Assembly: GCA_016870095.1 (NCBI GenBank)
Contig: VGCI01000009.1
Span: forward strand, 5,518-69,517
Source: Alphaproteobacteria bacterium
GTDB lineage: Bacteria; Pseudomonadota; Alphaproteobacteria; Paracaedibacterales; VGCI01
DNA: 64,000 bases
Reading direction: 5' to 3'
Translations under genes and position numbers: made by a program
The notes under the pieces: generated by a model
Told to the model about the DNA's origin: nothing
Database searches by the model: none
What the model saw: the letters and a program-made list of their open reading frames with translations, nothing else
In this document: positions 30,130-41,737 of the stretch, in pieces
How positions within the stretch are numbered: the stretch's first letter is position 1
Layout of the letters: each line of letters starts with the position of its first letter

Positions 30130-32571
30130 TTAATGAACAACATCTGAAGGAGTAATAGACCCATCGCCCGATAACCCTGGCACTTGTTCTACAGGCGTTT
30201 TAGTGTCTTTCTCACGCTCATCATCCTGCCATTCAATAGGTGTTAGGGGTTTGGTAAGAGCAATTTTTAAGACCTCATCTACGCAAGACACAGGAATAAT
30301 TTTAATCCCCTTCTTCACGTTGTCCGGAATCTCAGCCAAATCCTTTTCATTATCAATAGGGATAAGGACTGTTTTGACTCCACCGCGATGGGCCGCTAAA
30401 AGCTTTTCTTTTAAACCACCAATTTGGAGAACGCGGCCACGCAAGGTAATTTCACCAGTCATGGCAACATCTTTTTGAACAGGAATACCTGTGAGAGCGG
30501 AAACAATAGATGTACACATTGTAACACCTGCAGAGGGTCCGTCTTTAGGGGTTGCCCCTTCAGGCACATGAATATGAATATCACGTCTTTCAAAAAGAGA
30601 AGGTTTAATGCCAAAGCGAGGGGCTTGAGAGCGGATGTAACTCACAGCGGCTTGAATCGACTCTTGCATAACATCACCTAGCTTTCCGGTGATCATTGTC
30701 TTTCCTTTACCTGGCAAAATAACAGCTTCAATAGATAGCAAATCTCCACCTGTCTCTGTCCAAGCAAGCCCTGTTGTTACACCAATAACATCTGCAACTT
30801 CAGCCAAGCCATAGTGATATCGGGAAATACCCGCATATTTTCCAAGATTCTTTGCCGTAATTTTGACAGCTTTTACTTTTGGTTTAATAAGAATTTCTTT
30901 AATAGATTTACGCGACAAATTTGCAATTTCGCGCTCTAAATTTCTTACGCCTGCTTCACGTGTATAATAACGAATCAATTGACGTAGCGCATCATCAGAA
31001 ATAGCAAATTCTCCCGCTTTGAGTCCATGCATAGCAACTGTTTTGGGGATTAAGTAGTGTATAGCAATTTCAACTTTTTCATCTTCTGTATAGCCTGGCA
31101 AACGAATAACTTCCATCCGGTCCAACAGGGGTTGGGGCATTCGAAGCGTATTAGCTGTCGTCACAAACATCACATCTGATAGATCATAGTCAACCTCAAG
31201 ATAGTGGTCATTAAAAGTCGCGTTCTGCTCAGGATCAAGGACTTCAAGTAAAGCAGAAGCAGGGTCTCCCCGCCAATCTGTTCCCATTTTGTCAATTTCA
31301 TCCAATAAGAACAAAGGATTTGAAGTCTTTGCCTTTTTCATACCTTGAATAACTTTACCCGGCATAGCCCCTATATAAGTTCGTCGATGGCCTCGAATTT
31401 CGGCTTCATCCCGCACTCCTCCTAAAGACATACGCACAAAATTACGTCCCGTTGCCGAGGCAATAGATTTTCCAAGTGAAGTTTTCCCCACACCGGGAGG
31501 ACCTACCAAACATAGAATCTGCCCTTTAACCTTCCCAACCCGGCTTTGAACAGCCAGGTATTCCAGAATCCTTTCTTTAACCTTGTCTAAACCATAATGG
31601 TCATGATCCAAGATTTTCTTAGCCGTTATAATATCGCGCTTAACGCGACTACGATGTTGCCAGGGAATACACAAAATCCAATCTAAATAATTTCGAATAA
31701 CAGTAGCCTCAGCAGACATTTGGTTCATGCTGCGCAATTTACGTAATTCGGTCATAGCCTTTTCATGGGCTTCTTTGCTCAACTTTGTTTTCTTAATTTT
31801 TGTTTCAAAATCAGAAATCTCATCCTTGCCATCTTCACCTTCGCCTAATTCCTTTTGAATGGCTTTTAACTGCTCATTTAAATAGTAATCACGCTGGGTC
31901 TTTTCCATTTGACGTTTGACACGGGTTCGAATACGACGTTCAACTTGTAAAACACCAATTTCGCCTTCAATATGATTAAGGATTTTTTCCAAGCGTTGCT
32001 TGACATGAGATGTTTCTAATAAAACTTGCTTCTCAGATATCTTTAATCCCAGATATGAGGCAATTGTATCTGCTAGTTTTGCAGCATCGTCAATTTGGTT
32101 AATGGTGACCAAAACATCTGGCGGAATTTTTCTGTTAAGCTTTATATATTGTTCAAATTGACCAACGATGGTTCGAACCAAGGCCTCAACTTCTGCCTCA
32201 TCAACCTCATCTTCAGGGATAAGCTCGACACTTGCATGAAAATGCTGCGCATCATCTTGAATTTTTAAGAGGCGTACACGTTGTCCCCCCTCTACGAGAA
32301 CTTTTACAGTTCCATCGGGAAGTTTCAGGAGCTGTAGAACTGTTCCAAGTGTTCCGATGGAGTATAAATCTTCAGATGTTGGATCATCATGATTTGCATT
32401 CTTTTGAGTAATAAGAATGATTTGTTTTTCTTCTCCCAACATAACTTGCTCTAAGGCACGGACTGATTTTTCTCTACCGACAAACAAAGGCACAATCATA
32501 TGGGGAAACACAACGATATCTCGCAGAGGGAGAACGGGGTACTGTGTTCCTTTTGTGAGACTAAACATCAT
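30130..32571 (-). CDS. lon: ATP-dependent Lon protease
   Basis: [42 protein letters not shown]. Confidence 0.98.
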   Translation of the reverse strand: MMFSLTKGTQYPVLPLRDIVVFPHMIVPLFVGREKSVRALEQVMLGEEKQIILITQKNANHDDPTSEDLYSIGTLGTVLQLLKLPDGTVKVLVEGGQRVRLLKIQDDAQHFHASVELIPEDEVDEAEVEALVRTIVGQFEQYIKLNRKIPPDVLVTINQIDDAAKLADTIASYLGLKISEKQVLLETSHVKQRLEKILNHIEGEIGVLQVERRIRTRVKRQMEKTQRDYYLNEQLKAIQKELGEGEDGKDEISDFETKIKKTKLSKEAHEKAMTELRKLRSMNQMSAEATVIRNYLDWILCIPWQHRSRVKRDIITAKKILDHDHYGLDKVKERILEYLAVQSRVGKVKGQILCLVGPPGVGKTSLGKSIASATGRNFVRMSLGGVRDEAEIRGHRRTYIGAMPGKVIQGMKKAKTSNPLFLLDEIDKMGTDWRGDPASALLEVLDPEQNATFNDHYLEVDYDLSDVMFVTTANTLRMPQPLLDRMEVIRLPGYTEDEKVEIAIHYLIPKTVAMHGLKAGEFAISDDALRQLIRYYTREAGVRNLEREIANLSRKSIKEILIKPKVKAVKITAKNLGKYAGISRYHYGLAEVADVIGVTTGLAWTETGGDLLSIEAVILPGKGKTMITGKLGDVMQESIQAAVSYIRSQAPRFGIKPSLFERRDIHIHVPEGATPKDGPSAGVTMCTSIVSALTGIPVQKDVAMTGEITLRGRVLQIGGLKEKLLAAHRGGVKTVLIPIDNEKDLAEIPDNVKKGIKIIPVSCVDEVLKIALTKPLTPIEWQDDEREKDTKTPVEQVPGLSGDGSITPSDVVH

Positions 32572-32703
32572 ATATATCTACCCATTTAACAAATTTGAAT
32601 AACATAACGACATTAGCACAAGATTTACCTTAAAACTTTCGAAATGTTTTATCTTGTAACCTTATTGCTGGTTAAAACTTGTAAACAACGTCTAAGGCCG
32701 TAA

Positions 32704-33972
32704 TCATTGTTTCCCTTTTGACGCATCACTAAGACGTTTTCCATATGTTTTTAAAGGCTGAGCCCGACCCTCTACAACTTCTTTATTGATAACAACTTCA
32801 TCAACATCTTCATACGAGGGCATTTCAAACATGGTATCCAGTAAAATGTTCTCCATGATAGATCTCAATCCTCGGGCTCCGGTTTTACGGGAAATAGCAC
32901 GAAGCGCAATAGCATGCAAGGCATCATCTGTTAGATTTAATTCAACATTTTCCATTTCAAATAAGCGCTTATACTGCTTAACAAGAGCATTCTTAGGTTT
33001 TACCAAAATCTCAACTAGAGATTCTTCATCTAAATCTGTCAATGTTGCTAAGACAGGAAGTCGTCCAATAAATTCGGGAATTAACCCAAATTTCAACAAA
33101 TCCTCCGGCTCAACGCCTCGAAGTAAATCACCTGTTGACCTTTCGATGCTGGACCGAACATCAGCACCGAATCCGATAGCAGCTCCTTTTCCTCTGGCAG
33201 AAATAATTTTTTCTAATCCTGAAAATGCTCCCCCACAAATGAAAAGAATATTTGTTGTATCCACTTGCAAAAACTCTTGTTGAGGATGCTTACGGCCACC
33301 TTGAGGCGGAACAGAAGCAACTGTTCCTTCCATTATTTTCAACAGGGCTTGCTGGACACCTTCACCTGATACGTCACGGGTAATAGAAGGATTATCTGAT
33401 TTGCGAGAAATTTTATCAACTTCATCAATATAAACTATGCCTCTTTGAGCACGCTCAACGTTATAATCTGCAGCTTGAAGAAGTTTGAGGATAATGTTTT
33501 CAACATCTTCACCTACATAACCTGCTTCTGTGAGCGTTGTGGCATCCGCCATGGTGAAGGGCACATCTATGATACGCGCTAAAGTTTGGGCAAGAAGCGT
33601 TTTGCCACTTCCCGTTGGGCCTATCAAGAGGATGTTAGATTTTGCAATTTCGACATCACCACTCTTTGGACCGTGGGCTAATCTTTTGTAGTGATTATGT
33701 ACAGCAACAGAAAGAACACGCTTGGCAAAGAATTGACCAATAACATAGTCATCCAATACCGAACAAATCTCTGCAGGGGAAGGAACACCATCGCCTGACT
33801 TTACCATCGATGAACGGTTTTCTTCCCGAATAATATCTGTACATAGTTCAACGCATTCGTCGCAAATGAAAACAGTGGGTCCAGCTATAAGCTTTCGGAC
33901 TTCATGTTGGCTTTTTCCGCAGAATGAGCAGTATAATGTATTTTTGATGTCACTACTGACCGATTTGCTCAT
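32704..33972 (-). CDS. clpX: ATP-dependent Clp protease ATP-binding subunit ClpX
   Basis: CSFCGK zinc finger, [27 protein letters not shown]. Confidence 0.98.
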   Translation of the reverse strand: MSKSVSSDIKNTLYCSFCGKSQHEVRKLIAGPTVFICDECVELCTDIIREENRSSMVKSGDGVPSPAEICSVLDDYVIGQFFAKRVLSVAVHNHYKRLAHGPKSGDVEIAKSNILLIGPTGSGKTLLAQTLARIIDVPFTMADATTLTEAGYVGEDVENIILKLLQAADYNVERAQRGIVYIDEVDKISRKSDNPSITRDVSGEGVQQALLKIMEGTVASVPPQGGRKHPQQEFLQVDTTNILFICGGAFSGLEKIISARGKGAAIGFGADVRSSIERSTGDLLRGVEPEDLLKFGLIPEFIGRLPVLATLTDLDEESLVEILVKPKNALVKQYKRLFEMENVELNLTDDALHAIALRAISRKTGARGLRSIMENILLDTMFEMPSYEDVDEVVINKEVVEGRAQPLKTYGKRLSDASKGKQ

Positions 33973-34101
33973 ATCCTACCCCCTTCTAAGTAACATCCAA
34001 AGGGCCTTCTTTTCCATCTTATTTCACAAAATAACACAGTGGCCGCTCACTTTTTAGTATGGCCTGCCAATGATCAACAAAGAGTTAAATTTTTTGGCTT
34101 T

Positions 34102-34749
34102 TTATGCTTTTGCATTTTTTGCAACAAGTTCTACCGCACTGGGTCGATTTACAACCACTTCATCTATAATTCCAAACTCTTTAGCTTCCTCAGGAGACAT
34201 AAAACGGTCTCTCTCCAAGGCATCTTGTATAACATTTAAAGACTGTCCCGTTCGATTAGCAAAAATTTCATTAATTTGGCTCCGAAGCTTTAATATTTCA
34301 CGAGCCTGAATTTCTATATCCGTTGCTTGTCCTTGAGCCCCTCCATGAGGTTGGTGAACCATGATACGGGAATTCGGCAAGGCAAATCGCTTACCCTTCG
34401 CGCCAACTGCTAGCAGCAAAGCCCCAGCAGAAGCGGCTTGGCCCATGCATAAAGTCGCCACATCGCATCGAATATAACTCATAGTATCTAAGATAGATAA
34501 GCCAGCTGTTACTACGCCCCCAGGCGAATTAATGTACATAGTAATGTCTTTATCTGGATTTTCAGATTCTAAAAATAAAAGTTGGGCACAAACGAGACTC
34601 GCAATATCATCGTTTATTGGGCCTGACAAAAATACAATGCGCTCTTTGAGCAAACGAGAATAAATATCGTAAGACCTTTCTCCCCGACTTGTTTGTTCAA
34701 CAACCATGGGAACTAAAGTATTATGTATCGATCCTTGAAACTGACTCAT
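34102..34749 (-). CDS. clpP: ATP-dependent Clp protease proteolytic subunit
   Basis: [35 protein letters not shown]. Confidence 0.98.
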   Translation of the reverse strand: MSQFQGSIHNTLVPMVVEQTSRGERSYDIYSRLLKERIVFLSGPINDDIASLVCAQLLFLESENPDKDITMYINSPGGVVTAGLSILDTMSYIRCDVATLCMGQAASAGALLLAVGAKGKRFALPNSRIMVHQPHGGAQGQATDIEIQAREILKLRSQINEIFANRTGQSLNVIQDALERDRFMSPEEAKEFGIIDEVVVNRPSAVELVAKNAKA

Positions 34750-36200
34750 GCGCCTTTTCCTTTCATCGCTTTTGGCTTCTTATCATCGGAAGCTGCCGCC
34801 TTAGATGACTTTTTAATCTCTTGCTTCTCCTCGATTTCTTCGTCATAAGGTGTTGGAATGACTCCCTTAACCACTTTCTTTAAGGTTGGGAAGTCTACCG
34901 TGCGTTCTTTGACGTTCGAGCTCGCTAAGATAAAATCTACCACCTTATCTTCCAAAAGGGGAGCCACCAAATTTCGAAGAGCTTGATTATTATTCACATA
35001 ATATTTAATCACTTCGTCAGATTGGGAAGGATATCGCATCGCTTCCTGGAAAACAGCCATTCTGACTTCTTCGTCAGACAACTTAATCTTATGAGTATCT
35101 GCAAGATGAGAAATCAATAATCCCAAACGAACGCGCCGCTTTGCAATGATTTCATAATCTGCTTTTAATTCTTTTTCGGATTTTTGCGCATCTTCTTCAT
35201 CCAGCTCTCCATTTGCGCGCGCTTCAGCTAATTCCCGTTGAAGCTGGGTCCAAATGGCGTTGAACTCTGTTTCTACCATGGTAGGAGGCAGGTCAAAACT
35301 ATATTGCTCATCAAGAGCATCCAATAAATTTCGTTTGGTATATAAATGGGCAACTTTTTTACCCTCATTTTCTACCGATTGACGAACGGATTTGCGTAAA
35401 TCCTCAACGGTTTCAAGCTCAAACTCTTTCGCAAAGGTATTATCTAGCTTAAACGTAATTGGCTCTTCAATTTTCTGCAATTCAACCTTGACTATGGCTT
35501 TTTTCCCGGCTAAGTCTGTAACTTTCTCATTTTTTGAAAATTGAACCTTTTCTTCAAATTTATCGCCTACTTTTTTCCCATAGAGAGCTTTCACCACAGG
35601 AATAAAAGGACTATCATCCTTTTCAGGTCCTAGCAAAATTTGATAGGTTTCTGGTAGATCTATACCTTTCCCTTCTTCGAGGGTGCCCGACCATTTTACT
35701 AGTACCAAATCACCCTTCTGGGCCGGCCTTACTGATGCTGGCGCTTGATATCGAATGTGGTCTGCACACATCTTAGTTAAGCGCTCCTCCACATCTGTAT
35801 CACTAATTGTAACAGTGAGGACCTCTAAAGAGATGTCTTTGAAGCTTTTCACTTCAATTTCGGGAAGTAATTCAAATGTTATTGTACATTCAAAATCTTT
35901 TCCTCGCTCGAAAGAAACTATTTTTACCGCAGGATCAATAGCATTTCTAAATTTGTGCTCTTTATAAATTTGCTTTAGAGCTTCTTGCAATATCTCATTA
36001 CCCGAATCTTCTAAAGCCTGAGCTCCAAACTTTTGCACAAGAACAGCTTCAGGCGTCTTACCGGGTCGAAATCCTGGAATTTTGACTTTAGCACCTATTT
36101 TTTGCAGTTGTACTTGAAATTTGTCCTGAAGTTCTGTGGATGTCGCTGTGATTTTAAACTCATACTTCAATTTTTCCGAAAGTGTTTTTGCAACCTGCAT
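34746..36200 (-). CDS. tig: Trigger factor
   Basis: IPGFRPGK ribosome-binding motif, FKBP-like middle domain, RRVRLGLL; position tRNA-Leu-tig-clpP. Confidence 0.95.
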   Translation of the reverse strand: MQVAKTLSEKLKYEFKITATSTELQDKFQVQLQKIGAKVKIPGFRPGKTPEAVLVQKFGAQALEDSGNEILQEALKQIYKEHKFRNAIDPAVKIVSFERGKDFECTITFELLPEIEVKSFKDISLEVLTVTISDTDVEERLTKMCADHIRYQAPASVRPAQKGDLVLVKWSGTLEEGKGIDLPETYQILLGPEKDDSPFIPVVKALYGKKVGDKFEEKVQFSKNEKVTDLAGKKAIVKVELQKIEEPITFKLDNTFAKEFELETVEDLRKSVRQSVENEGKKVAHLYTKRNLLDALDEQYSFDLPPTMVETEFNAIWTQLQRELAEARANGELDEEDAQKSEKELKADYEIIAKRRVRLGLLISHLADTHKIKLSDEEVRMAVFQEAMRYPSQSDEVIKYYVNNNQALRNLVAPLLEDKVVDFILASSNVKERTVDFPTLKKVVKGVIPTPYDEEIEEKQEIKKSSKAAASDDKKPKAMKGKGA

Positions 36201-36246
36201 TTAATGCTCCGCCCCGTCTGTATGGCTATTTCTATAATTTTATATG

Positions 36247-36331
<85 letters not shown>

Positions 36332-36615
36332 AAAAGAGACTCCCGGAAAAATGACCAGGCATCTTTTTGTACACGATCCGTTTTATATGTACAATACTTT
36401 AGTCCGACCTGAGGCATGAGGCAAGTTTTTCTTGTGGCCTATTCAGAAAATATTCGCAATAGCCAAAAAATTATTTTTTCACTTTTTAAAAAAATTATTT
36501 ATTAATATTAGAAATTTTGGGCAAATTTATTACTTGAAAAGTACAGAAAAAGAACATATCTGTATTATGCATATTAGACATACAAAAGATATACGTTTTT
36601 AAAGGAATTATTATT

Positions 36616-37101
36616 ATGGATAATAACGTAATACGGAACAAATGGACGGAAGAACACATATCTTACTTGAAAAAGGCCTATTTACAAGGTTCCCCCCTAA
36701 AACAAATTGCTTCAAAACTCAATCGCTCCGTTAGTGCAATTAATAAGGTTTTGGCCCGTCATAATTTACGGACACACAGCAAAATGGAGCACTCAAGCAG
36801 CTCATATCAGGCTATTTCTCAGCAAATTATCCCAAAAAAAAGCCTCGAGAATAAAAATCGATCCCTTCAACCGAATAGGCTCATTTTTTTAAAGGAAAGC
36901 AATCGTCTTGAAGTTCCTTTTGGGCATGTATTGAATTGGTTAAAATCGCAAAATATTTCAATTTTAAAATCTAAGAATGATGTATATTATGAAGTTGATG
37001 GAATTCCCCGAAATCAACAACAAATTTTATATCAAGCAAATTTACTACGTGAGCAATATCAACTTCCCATGTTTTGGGTAAGAGGCATTACACATTCTTA
37101 A
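36616..37101 (+). CDS. Hypothetical protein with GcrA-like N-terminal HTH
   Basis: KWTEEHISYLKKAYLQGSPLKQIASKLNRSVSAINKVLARHNL resembles the GcrA/Myb-type HTH start; AAGGA RBS; C-terminus not recognised. Confidence 0.6.
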   Translation: MDNNVIRNKWTEEHISYLKKAYLQGSPLKQIASKLNRSVSAINKVLARHNLRTHSKMEHSSSSYQAISQQIIPKKSLENKNRSLQPNRLIFLKESNRLEVPFGHVLNWLKSQNISILKSKNDVYYEVDGIPRNQQQILYQANLLREQYQLPMFWVRGITHS

Positions 37102-37131
37102 TTAATGAGGTACAGGAAAAGAATAGTTTGA

Positions 37132-38517
37132 TTATATTATCTTCAAATTATGAGGGGCGAGATAAGCCGCAATTTCTTCTTTTAAATCATTAAGCCCTTG
37201 AACGGTAGAGGACTCACACCGGGCAACGAGTACACTTTGGGTGTTTGAAGCCCGCAGAAGCCACCACCCGTGAGTACGAGAAACACGAACACCATCCATT
37301 GTAGATATAGTCGCCGCCTCTGCTATCAGTTGCTCCCTAATCGCTTCAACGACGCAGAACTTTTTCTCATCAAGACAATCAATGCGAATTTCTGGGGTAT
37401 TATACACTTTTGGCAAAGCGTCAATGATATCACTTAATGACTTATTGGTTCTTTGAAGAATGTTAATGAGCCGAATGGCTGCATACAGCGCATCATCATA
37501 CCCAAAGTATTTATCTGCATAAAAGATATGACCACTCATTTCCCCTGCCAGTTGCGCCCCTGTTTCGGCAATTTTTGTCTTAATTAATGAATGGCCTGTG
37601 CGAGCCATCAGAATATTTCCCCCTAAACGGCCGATTTCATCAAACAGGACTTGAGAAGATTTTACATCTGCAATAATTGTGGCTCCGGGATTATTCTCAA
37701 CAATTTCTCTGGCAAGAATAAGCAATAATTGATCTCCCCATAGAATTTCCCCCCCTCCTGCGACAACACCGATACGATCCCCATCCCCATCAAAAGCAAT
37801 GCCGACATCTGCCTGATGAGCCGTCACAGTTTCTATGAGTTGCTCCAAATTTTCAGCCACTGTCGGATCAGGATGATGGGCCGGGAATGTGCCATCAATC
37901 GTCTCATTCAATAAGGTATGATTAGCATGGATACCTTTGAGCAGAAGCTTTAAGACATCTCCCGTTGCCCCATTTCCAACATCCCACACAATATTTAAAG
38001 GGCGGCGTACACTTGACTCTAGTTTTTCGTAATCTTCCAAAAGGCGGTCAACATATCGCTGGCTTATATCTACAGTCTCCAGAGTTCCTGGACTGTTTAA
38101 ATCTATTGTTTCGTCGAGGGTAGCAAGTTCTTGAATATCTGCCCCAAAAAAGGGACGATTCTGCAACGACATCTTAAACCCATTATCAGGAGCAGGGTTG
38201 TGAGAGCCCGTCACCATAATTGACGCATCCACACCAAGTTTTTTCAATGCATAATAGGTCATTGGTGTCGGCCCAATTCCCAGGTCCGTGACTGTCATTC
38301 CTGTCGTCAATAATCCTTCAATAAGATTCTGGAATAGGGCCGGAGATGTTAAGCGACCATCCCGCCCCACGCATACAGTTTGCTGACCCAATTGACCGAG
38401 CATTAAACCAAATTTGCGTCCCAAAGCCCAAGCATCTGCTTCAAAAAGATTTTTTCCAACCTCACCTCGAATATCATACTCTCGTAATATCGCAGGATTA
38501 AATTTGTGCATTGCCAT
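37132..38517 (-). CDS. Phosphomannomutase/phosphoglucomutase
   Basis: LREYDIRG, MVTGSHNP active-site Ser, FDGDGDR metal loop, GEMSGH, LRASNTQ. Confidence 0.95.
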   Translation of the reverse strand: MAMHKFNPAILREYDIRGEVGKNLFEADAWALGRKFGLMLGQLGQQTVCVGRDGRLTSPALFQNLIEGLLTTGMTVTDLGIGPTPMTYYALKKLGVDASIMVTGSHNPAPDNGFKMSLQNRPFFGADIQELATLDETIDLNSPGTLETVDISQRYVDRLLEDYEKLESSVRRPLNIVWDVGNGATGDVLKLLLKGIHANHTLLNETIDGTFPAHHPDPTVAENLEQLIETVTAHQADVGIAFDGDGDRIGVVAGGGEILWGDQLLLILAREIVENNPGATIIADVKSSQVLFDEIGRLGGNILMARTGHSLIKTKIAETGAQLAGEMSGHIFYADKYFGYDDALYAAIRLINILQRTNKSLSDIIDALPKVYNTPEIRIDCLDEKKFCVVEAIREQLIAEAATISTMDGVRVSRTHGWWLLRASNTQSVLVARCESSTVQGLNDLKEEIAAYLAPHNLKII

Positions 38518-38540
38518 ACGAACCCTTTTAAAACCCTAAT

Positions 38541-39923
38541 TTAAGCAACAGATGTGGCTTGTTGAGAGGCAATTTGAGCACCATATATTGTGGGACGCCC
38601 GAGAGAAATATAATCAAATCCTGCCGAAATCATTTCTTCTGGACGATAAATATTTCGCATATCAATAAGAAGAGGATACGTCAATAACCCGGCCATTTTT
38701 TTAAAATCAAGGGCTCGAAATTCATTCCATTCTGTTAAAATCAATACAGCATCAGCATTTCTCATGGCTTCATAAGCATTCCTTGCCCAGGTAACATCCT
38801 TGAAAAATTTTGTAGCTTCATCCAAACCAACAGGATCATAAGCTTGTATCAAAAGACCCGCTTCTTGCAACGCCGGAATAATTGTCAAGCTAGGCGCATC
38901 TCGCATATCATCTGTATTTGGCTTAAATGTTAGGCCTAAAACAGCAACTGTTTTGCGGCTTTCAGCGTCGATATTGAGGGCTTGAATGACCTTTTTAGCG
39001 ATTCCATTTTTACGATCCTCATTAGATTTTATCACAGATTCCACGATCGTAACCGGCGCTCCAACATCCCGCGCTGTCCGTGCCAAAGCCAAAGTATCTT
39101 TGGGAAAGCATGAGCCACCATATCCAGGTCCCACATGAAGGAATTTACGACCAATACGACCATCCAAACCAATTGCCTTGGCTAGGTCTTGTATATTGGC
39201 CCCGACTTGTTCGCAAATGTCGGCCATTTCATTAATAAAAGCAATCTTCGTTGCCAAAAACCCATTGGCTGCATATTTGATTAACTCAGCAGTTTCAATG
39301 CCTGTAAAGACAAGGGGCGTTTCTATTAAATAGAGCGGGCGGTAGAGTTGCTGTAATACAGCACGGGCACGATCATGTCCCCCCGCATCTGATTCTGTTC
39401 CTATGACAACACGATCCGGACGCATAAAGTCATTGATGGCAGATCCTTCCCTTAAGAATTCAGGGTTAGAGGCAACGTCAAATTCAGCTGTAGAATTTAT
39501 TTTGTCAATTTTTTGGCTAATAATCTCATGTACTTTTCTACAAGTTCCAACCGGTACTGTCGACTTAGTGACCACGACTGTATAGCCTTCTAAAACTTCG
39601 GCAATTTCTTCTGCTGCCGTATAAACGTAGGATAAGTCAGCATGACCATCCCCACGACGACTTGGCGTTCCAACAGCAATGAAAACGGCATCAGCGCCCA
39701 CAACAGCTTCTTTTAAGTCCGTTGTAAAAGATAGACGCCCCCCTCGTTGAGTTTGTTGCACCAACGACTCTAAACCAGGCTCATAAATTGGGATAACCCC
39801 TTTCTGCAAATTCTCAATTTTGGCCTTGTCCTTATCAACACATATGACATGATGCCCAAATTCAGCAAAGCAGGCGCCTGTTACCAAGCCGACATAGCCT
39901 GACCCTATCATAGCAATTTGCAT
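38541..39923 (-). CDS. ugd: UDP-glucose 6-dehydrogenase
   Basis: GSGYVGL, KSTVPVG, NPEFLREG, GYGGSCFPKD, GLTFKPNTDDMR. Confidence 0.96.
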   Translation of the reverse strand: MQIAMIGSGYVGLVTGACFAEFGHHVICVDKDKAKIENLQKGVIPIYEPGLESLVQQTQRGGRLSFTTDLKEAVVGADAVFIAVGTPSRRGDGHADLSYVYTAAEEIAEVLEGYTVVVTKSTVPVGTCRKVHEIISQKIDKINSTAEFDVASNPEFLREGSAINDFMRPDRVVIGTESDAGGHDRARAVLQQLYRPLYLIETPLVFTGIETAELIKYAANGFLATKIAFINEMADICEQVGANIQDLAKAIGLDGRIGRKFLHVGPGYGGSCFPKDTLALARTARDVGAPVTIVESVIKSNEDRKNGIAKKVIQALNIDAESRKTVAVLGLTFKPNTDDMRDAPSLTIIPALQEAGLLIQAYDPVGLDEATKFFKDVTWARNAYEAMRNADAVLILTEWNEFRALDFKKMAGLLTYPLLIDMRNIYRPEEMISAGFDYISLGRPTIYGAQIASQQATSVA

Positions 39924-39934
39924 TTCATTATCCT

Positions 39935-40846
39935 TTATTTGTTAGCAACACCCTTATCAAGGCGAGCGGAAATTCCGCAGTGTTTTTCAATGGATGCTAG
40001 CAGATGATCCTTCAAATCAGGACGAGTATACGCAAATGCTAGGTTTGCTTCAAGCCATCCTTCTTTTAATCCACAATCAAATCTTTTCCCATCAAATCTT
40101 AATCCATGAAATGGCATCTGTTCGATAAGTTTTGCAAACGAATCTGTGAGCTGGATTTCGCCCTCTTTCCCTTTATCTTGTTGGGCTAAAATATTAAAAA
40201 TTTCGGGCTGAAGGATATAACGACCAACGACGGCCGTATGGGAGGGAGCTTTATCAATAGAAGGCTTTTCAACAATACCTTTTGCTTGAACATGAGTGCC
40301 ATCGTCCGTTCGAATATCCAAAATACCATACCGATTAACATGTTCTGGATTGACATCCATAACGGCTATGACATTTCCTCCAAACTCTTGGTAAGCATCC
40401 AACATTTGCGATAAGCAAGGTTTTGTCGCCAAGATCAAATCATCGGCCAATATCAACGCAAAGGGTTGATTATCAACCAAATGTCGAGCACACCAAACTG
40501 CATGTCCCAATCCTAACGGGGCTTGTTGTCGAACAAAAACGGCTTGTCCAGGGTCTAATTGTGAAGAACGCAATATTGCTAATTCTGTTGTTTTCCCCCG
40601 ATGTTCAAGCATTTGCTCTAAGGGGTAATTGACATCAAAATGGTCTTCAATGGCTGCTTTCCCGTGAGAAGTAATAAAAATAAACTTTTCGATACCTGAA
40701 TCCCGCGCTTCTTCAACAGCATATTGAATGAGGGGTTTATCAACTACGACCAACATTTCCTTAGGAGAAGCCTTTGTAGCCGGCAAAAATCGCGTACCCA
40801 AGCCAGCAACGGGAAATACAGCGGTACGGATTTTGTTGGTTTTCAT
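39935..40846 (-). CDS. galU: UTP-glucose-1-phosphate uridylyltransferase
   Basis: AVFPVAGLGTRFLPATK..PKEML, PLGLGHAV, VEKP, GEIQLTD, RFDCG. Confidence 0.97.
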   Translation of the reverse strand: MKTNKIRTAVFPVAGLGTRFLPATKASPKEMLVVVDKPLIQYAVEEARDSGIEKFIFITSHGKAAIEDHFDVNYPLEQMLEHRGKTTELAILRSSQLDPGQAVFVRQQAPLGLGHAVWCARHLVDNQPFALILADDLILATKPCLSQMLDAYQEFGGNVIAVMDVNPEHVNRYGILDIRTDDGTHVQAKGIVEKPSIDKAPSHTAVVGRYILQPEIFNILAQQDKGKEGEIQLTDSFAKLIEQMPFHGLRFDGKRFDCGLKEGWLEANLAFAYTRPDLKDHLLASIEKHCGISARLDKGVANK

Positions 40847-41042
40847 CTCATTCTCCTGTTTCTGCTTTTAACCGCAAATTTCTGATCGTTTATCATACCT
40901 TATGCATATAATTTCAGTATCTAGAGGGCGCCCCAGTCGCAATGAATCAGACTCATTTTCGTGTCTATCTATGAATGCTCCGGGGTCAGTTTATAGGTAA
41001 GACTGAAACCTCTTGTATCAACTTTCAGATTTTTAATCCTAT

Positions 41043-41094
41043 AAAAAACCCCGCCAGACAACCCTATTATGGGATTTTCTAGCGGGGTTTTTTT
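41043..41094 (-). terminator. Intrinsic terminator of pal
   Basis: AAAAAACCCCGC...GCGGGGTTTTTT stem with A/T tracts on both sides, about 30 nt after the pal stop. Confidence 0.8.
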
Positions 41095-41125
41095 AAAAGT
41101 TCGCATTAACGAACGTCAGCTATAA

Positions 41126-41581
41126 CTACTCAATAGTTGTAACAGCTGCACGGTTTTGTGCGTAAACTTCTTCTGTATCACCGGCAACCAATGGATTGTC
41201 CTTACCGTAAGAAAGAGTTCTCAAACGGTTATGGTCTACGCCCAAGTGAACCAATGTTTTCTTAGCAGCGTGTGCACGACGTTCACCAAGAGCTTGGTTG
41301 TATTGACGTGTTCCACGTGCGTCACAGTGTCCTGCAACAACTGCTTTTGTCGCTGAGTAAGTCTTCAACCAACCAGCTTGTTGATCCAATGTTTTCTTGG
41401 AAAGGTCAGTAATGTTTGACTTATTGTAAGCAAAGAAAACCCGATCTTTAATGTTTGCTTTGAAATCTTCTGGTGTGCCAGGCGCACCAGATTGTCCGAC
41501 GTTTACACTTTGGTCTGGTGCACATTCGCAGGCAGCGAGCGCAACAGCTGTTACCAAAACACTAAGTACTTTACTACGCAT
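41126..41581 (-). CDS. pal: Peptidoglycan-associated lipoprotein
   Basis: Lipobox LAAC; VFFAYNKS, GHCDARGTRQYNQALGERRA, SYGK, QNRAA. Confidence 0.96.
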   Translation of the reverse strand: MRSKVLSVLVTAVALAACECAPDQSVNVGQSGAPGTPEDFKANIKDRVFFAYNKSNITDLSKKTLDQQAGWLKTYSATKAVVAGHCDARGTRQYNQALGERRAHAAKKTLVHLGVDHNRLRTLSYGKDNPLVAGDTEEVYAQNRAAVTTIE

Positions 41582-41737
41582 CTTTAATCATCCCTATAAT
41601 TGTTAATCACATTAAACATTAAACCATATAAAAGTTAACAAATAATTGAAAGAAAGGGAATGGGAAATCGAAAATGTGGTGCTGATTTTTCCCAAGTGTA
41701 GAGAAAATGCCACATATCCGGTATTCCCCCCAGCCCC

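Noticed and set aside
41584-41638. Cluster of TTAA words upstream of pal as CtrA boxes
   Set aside because: No pair has the TTAA-N7-TTAA spacing.
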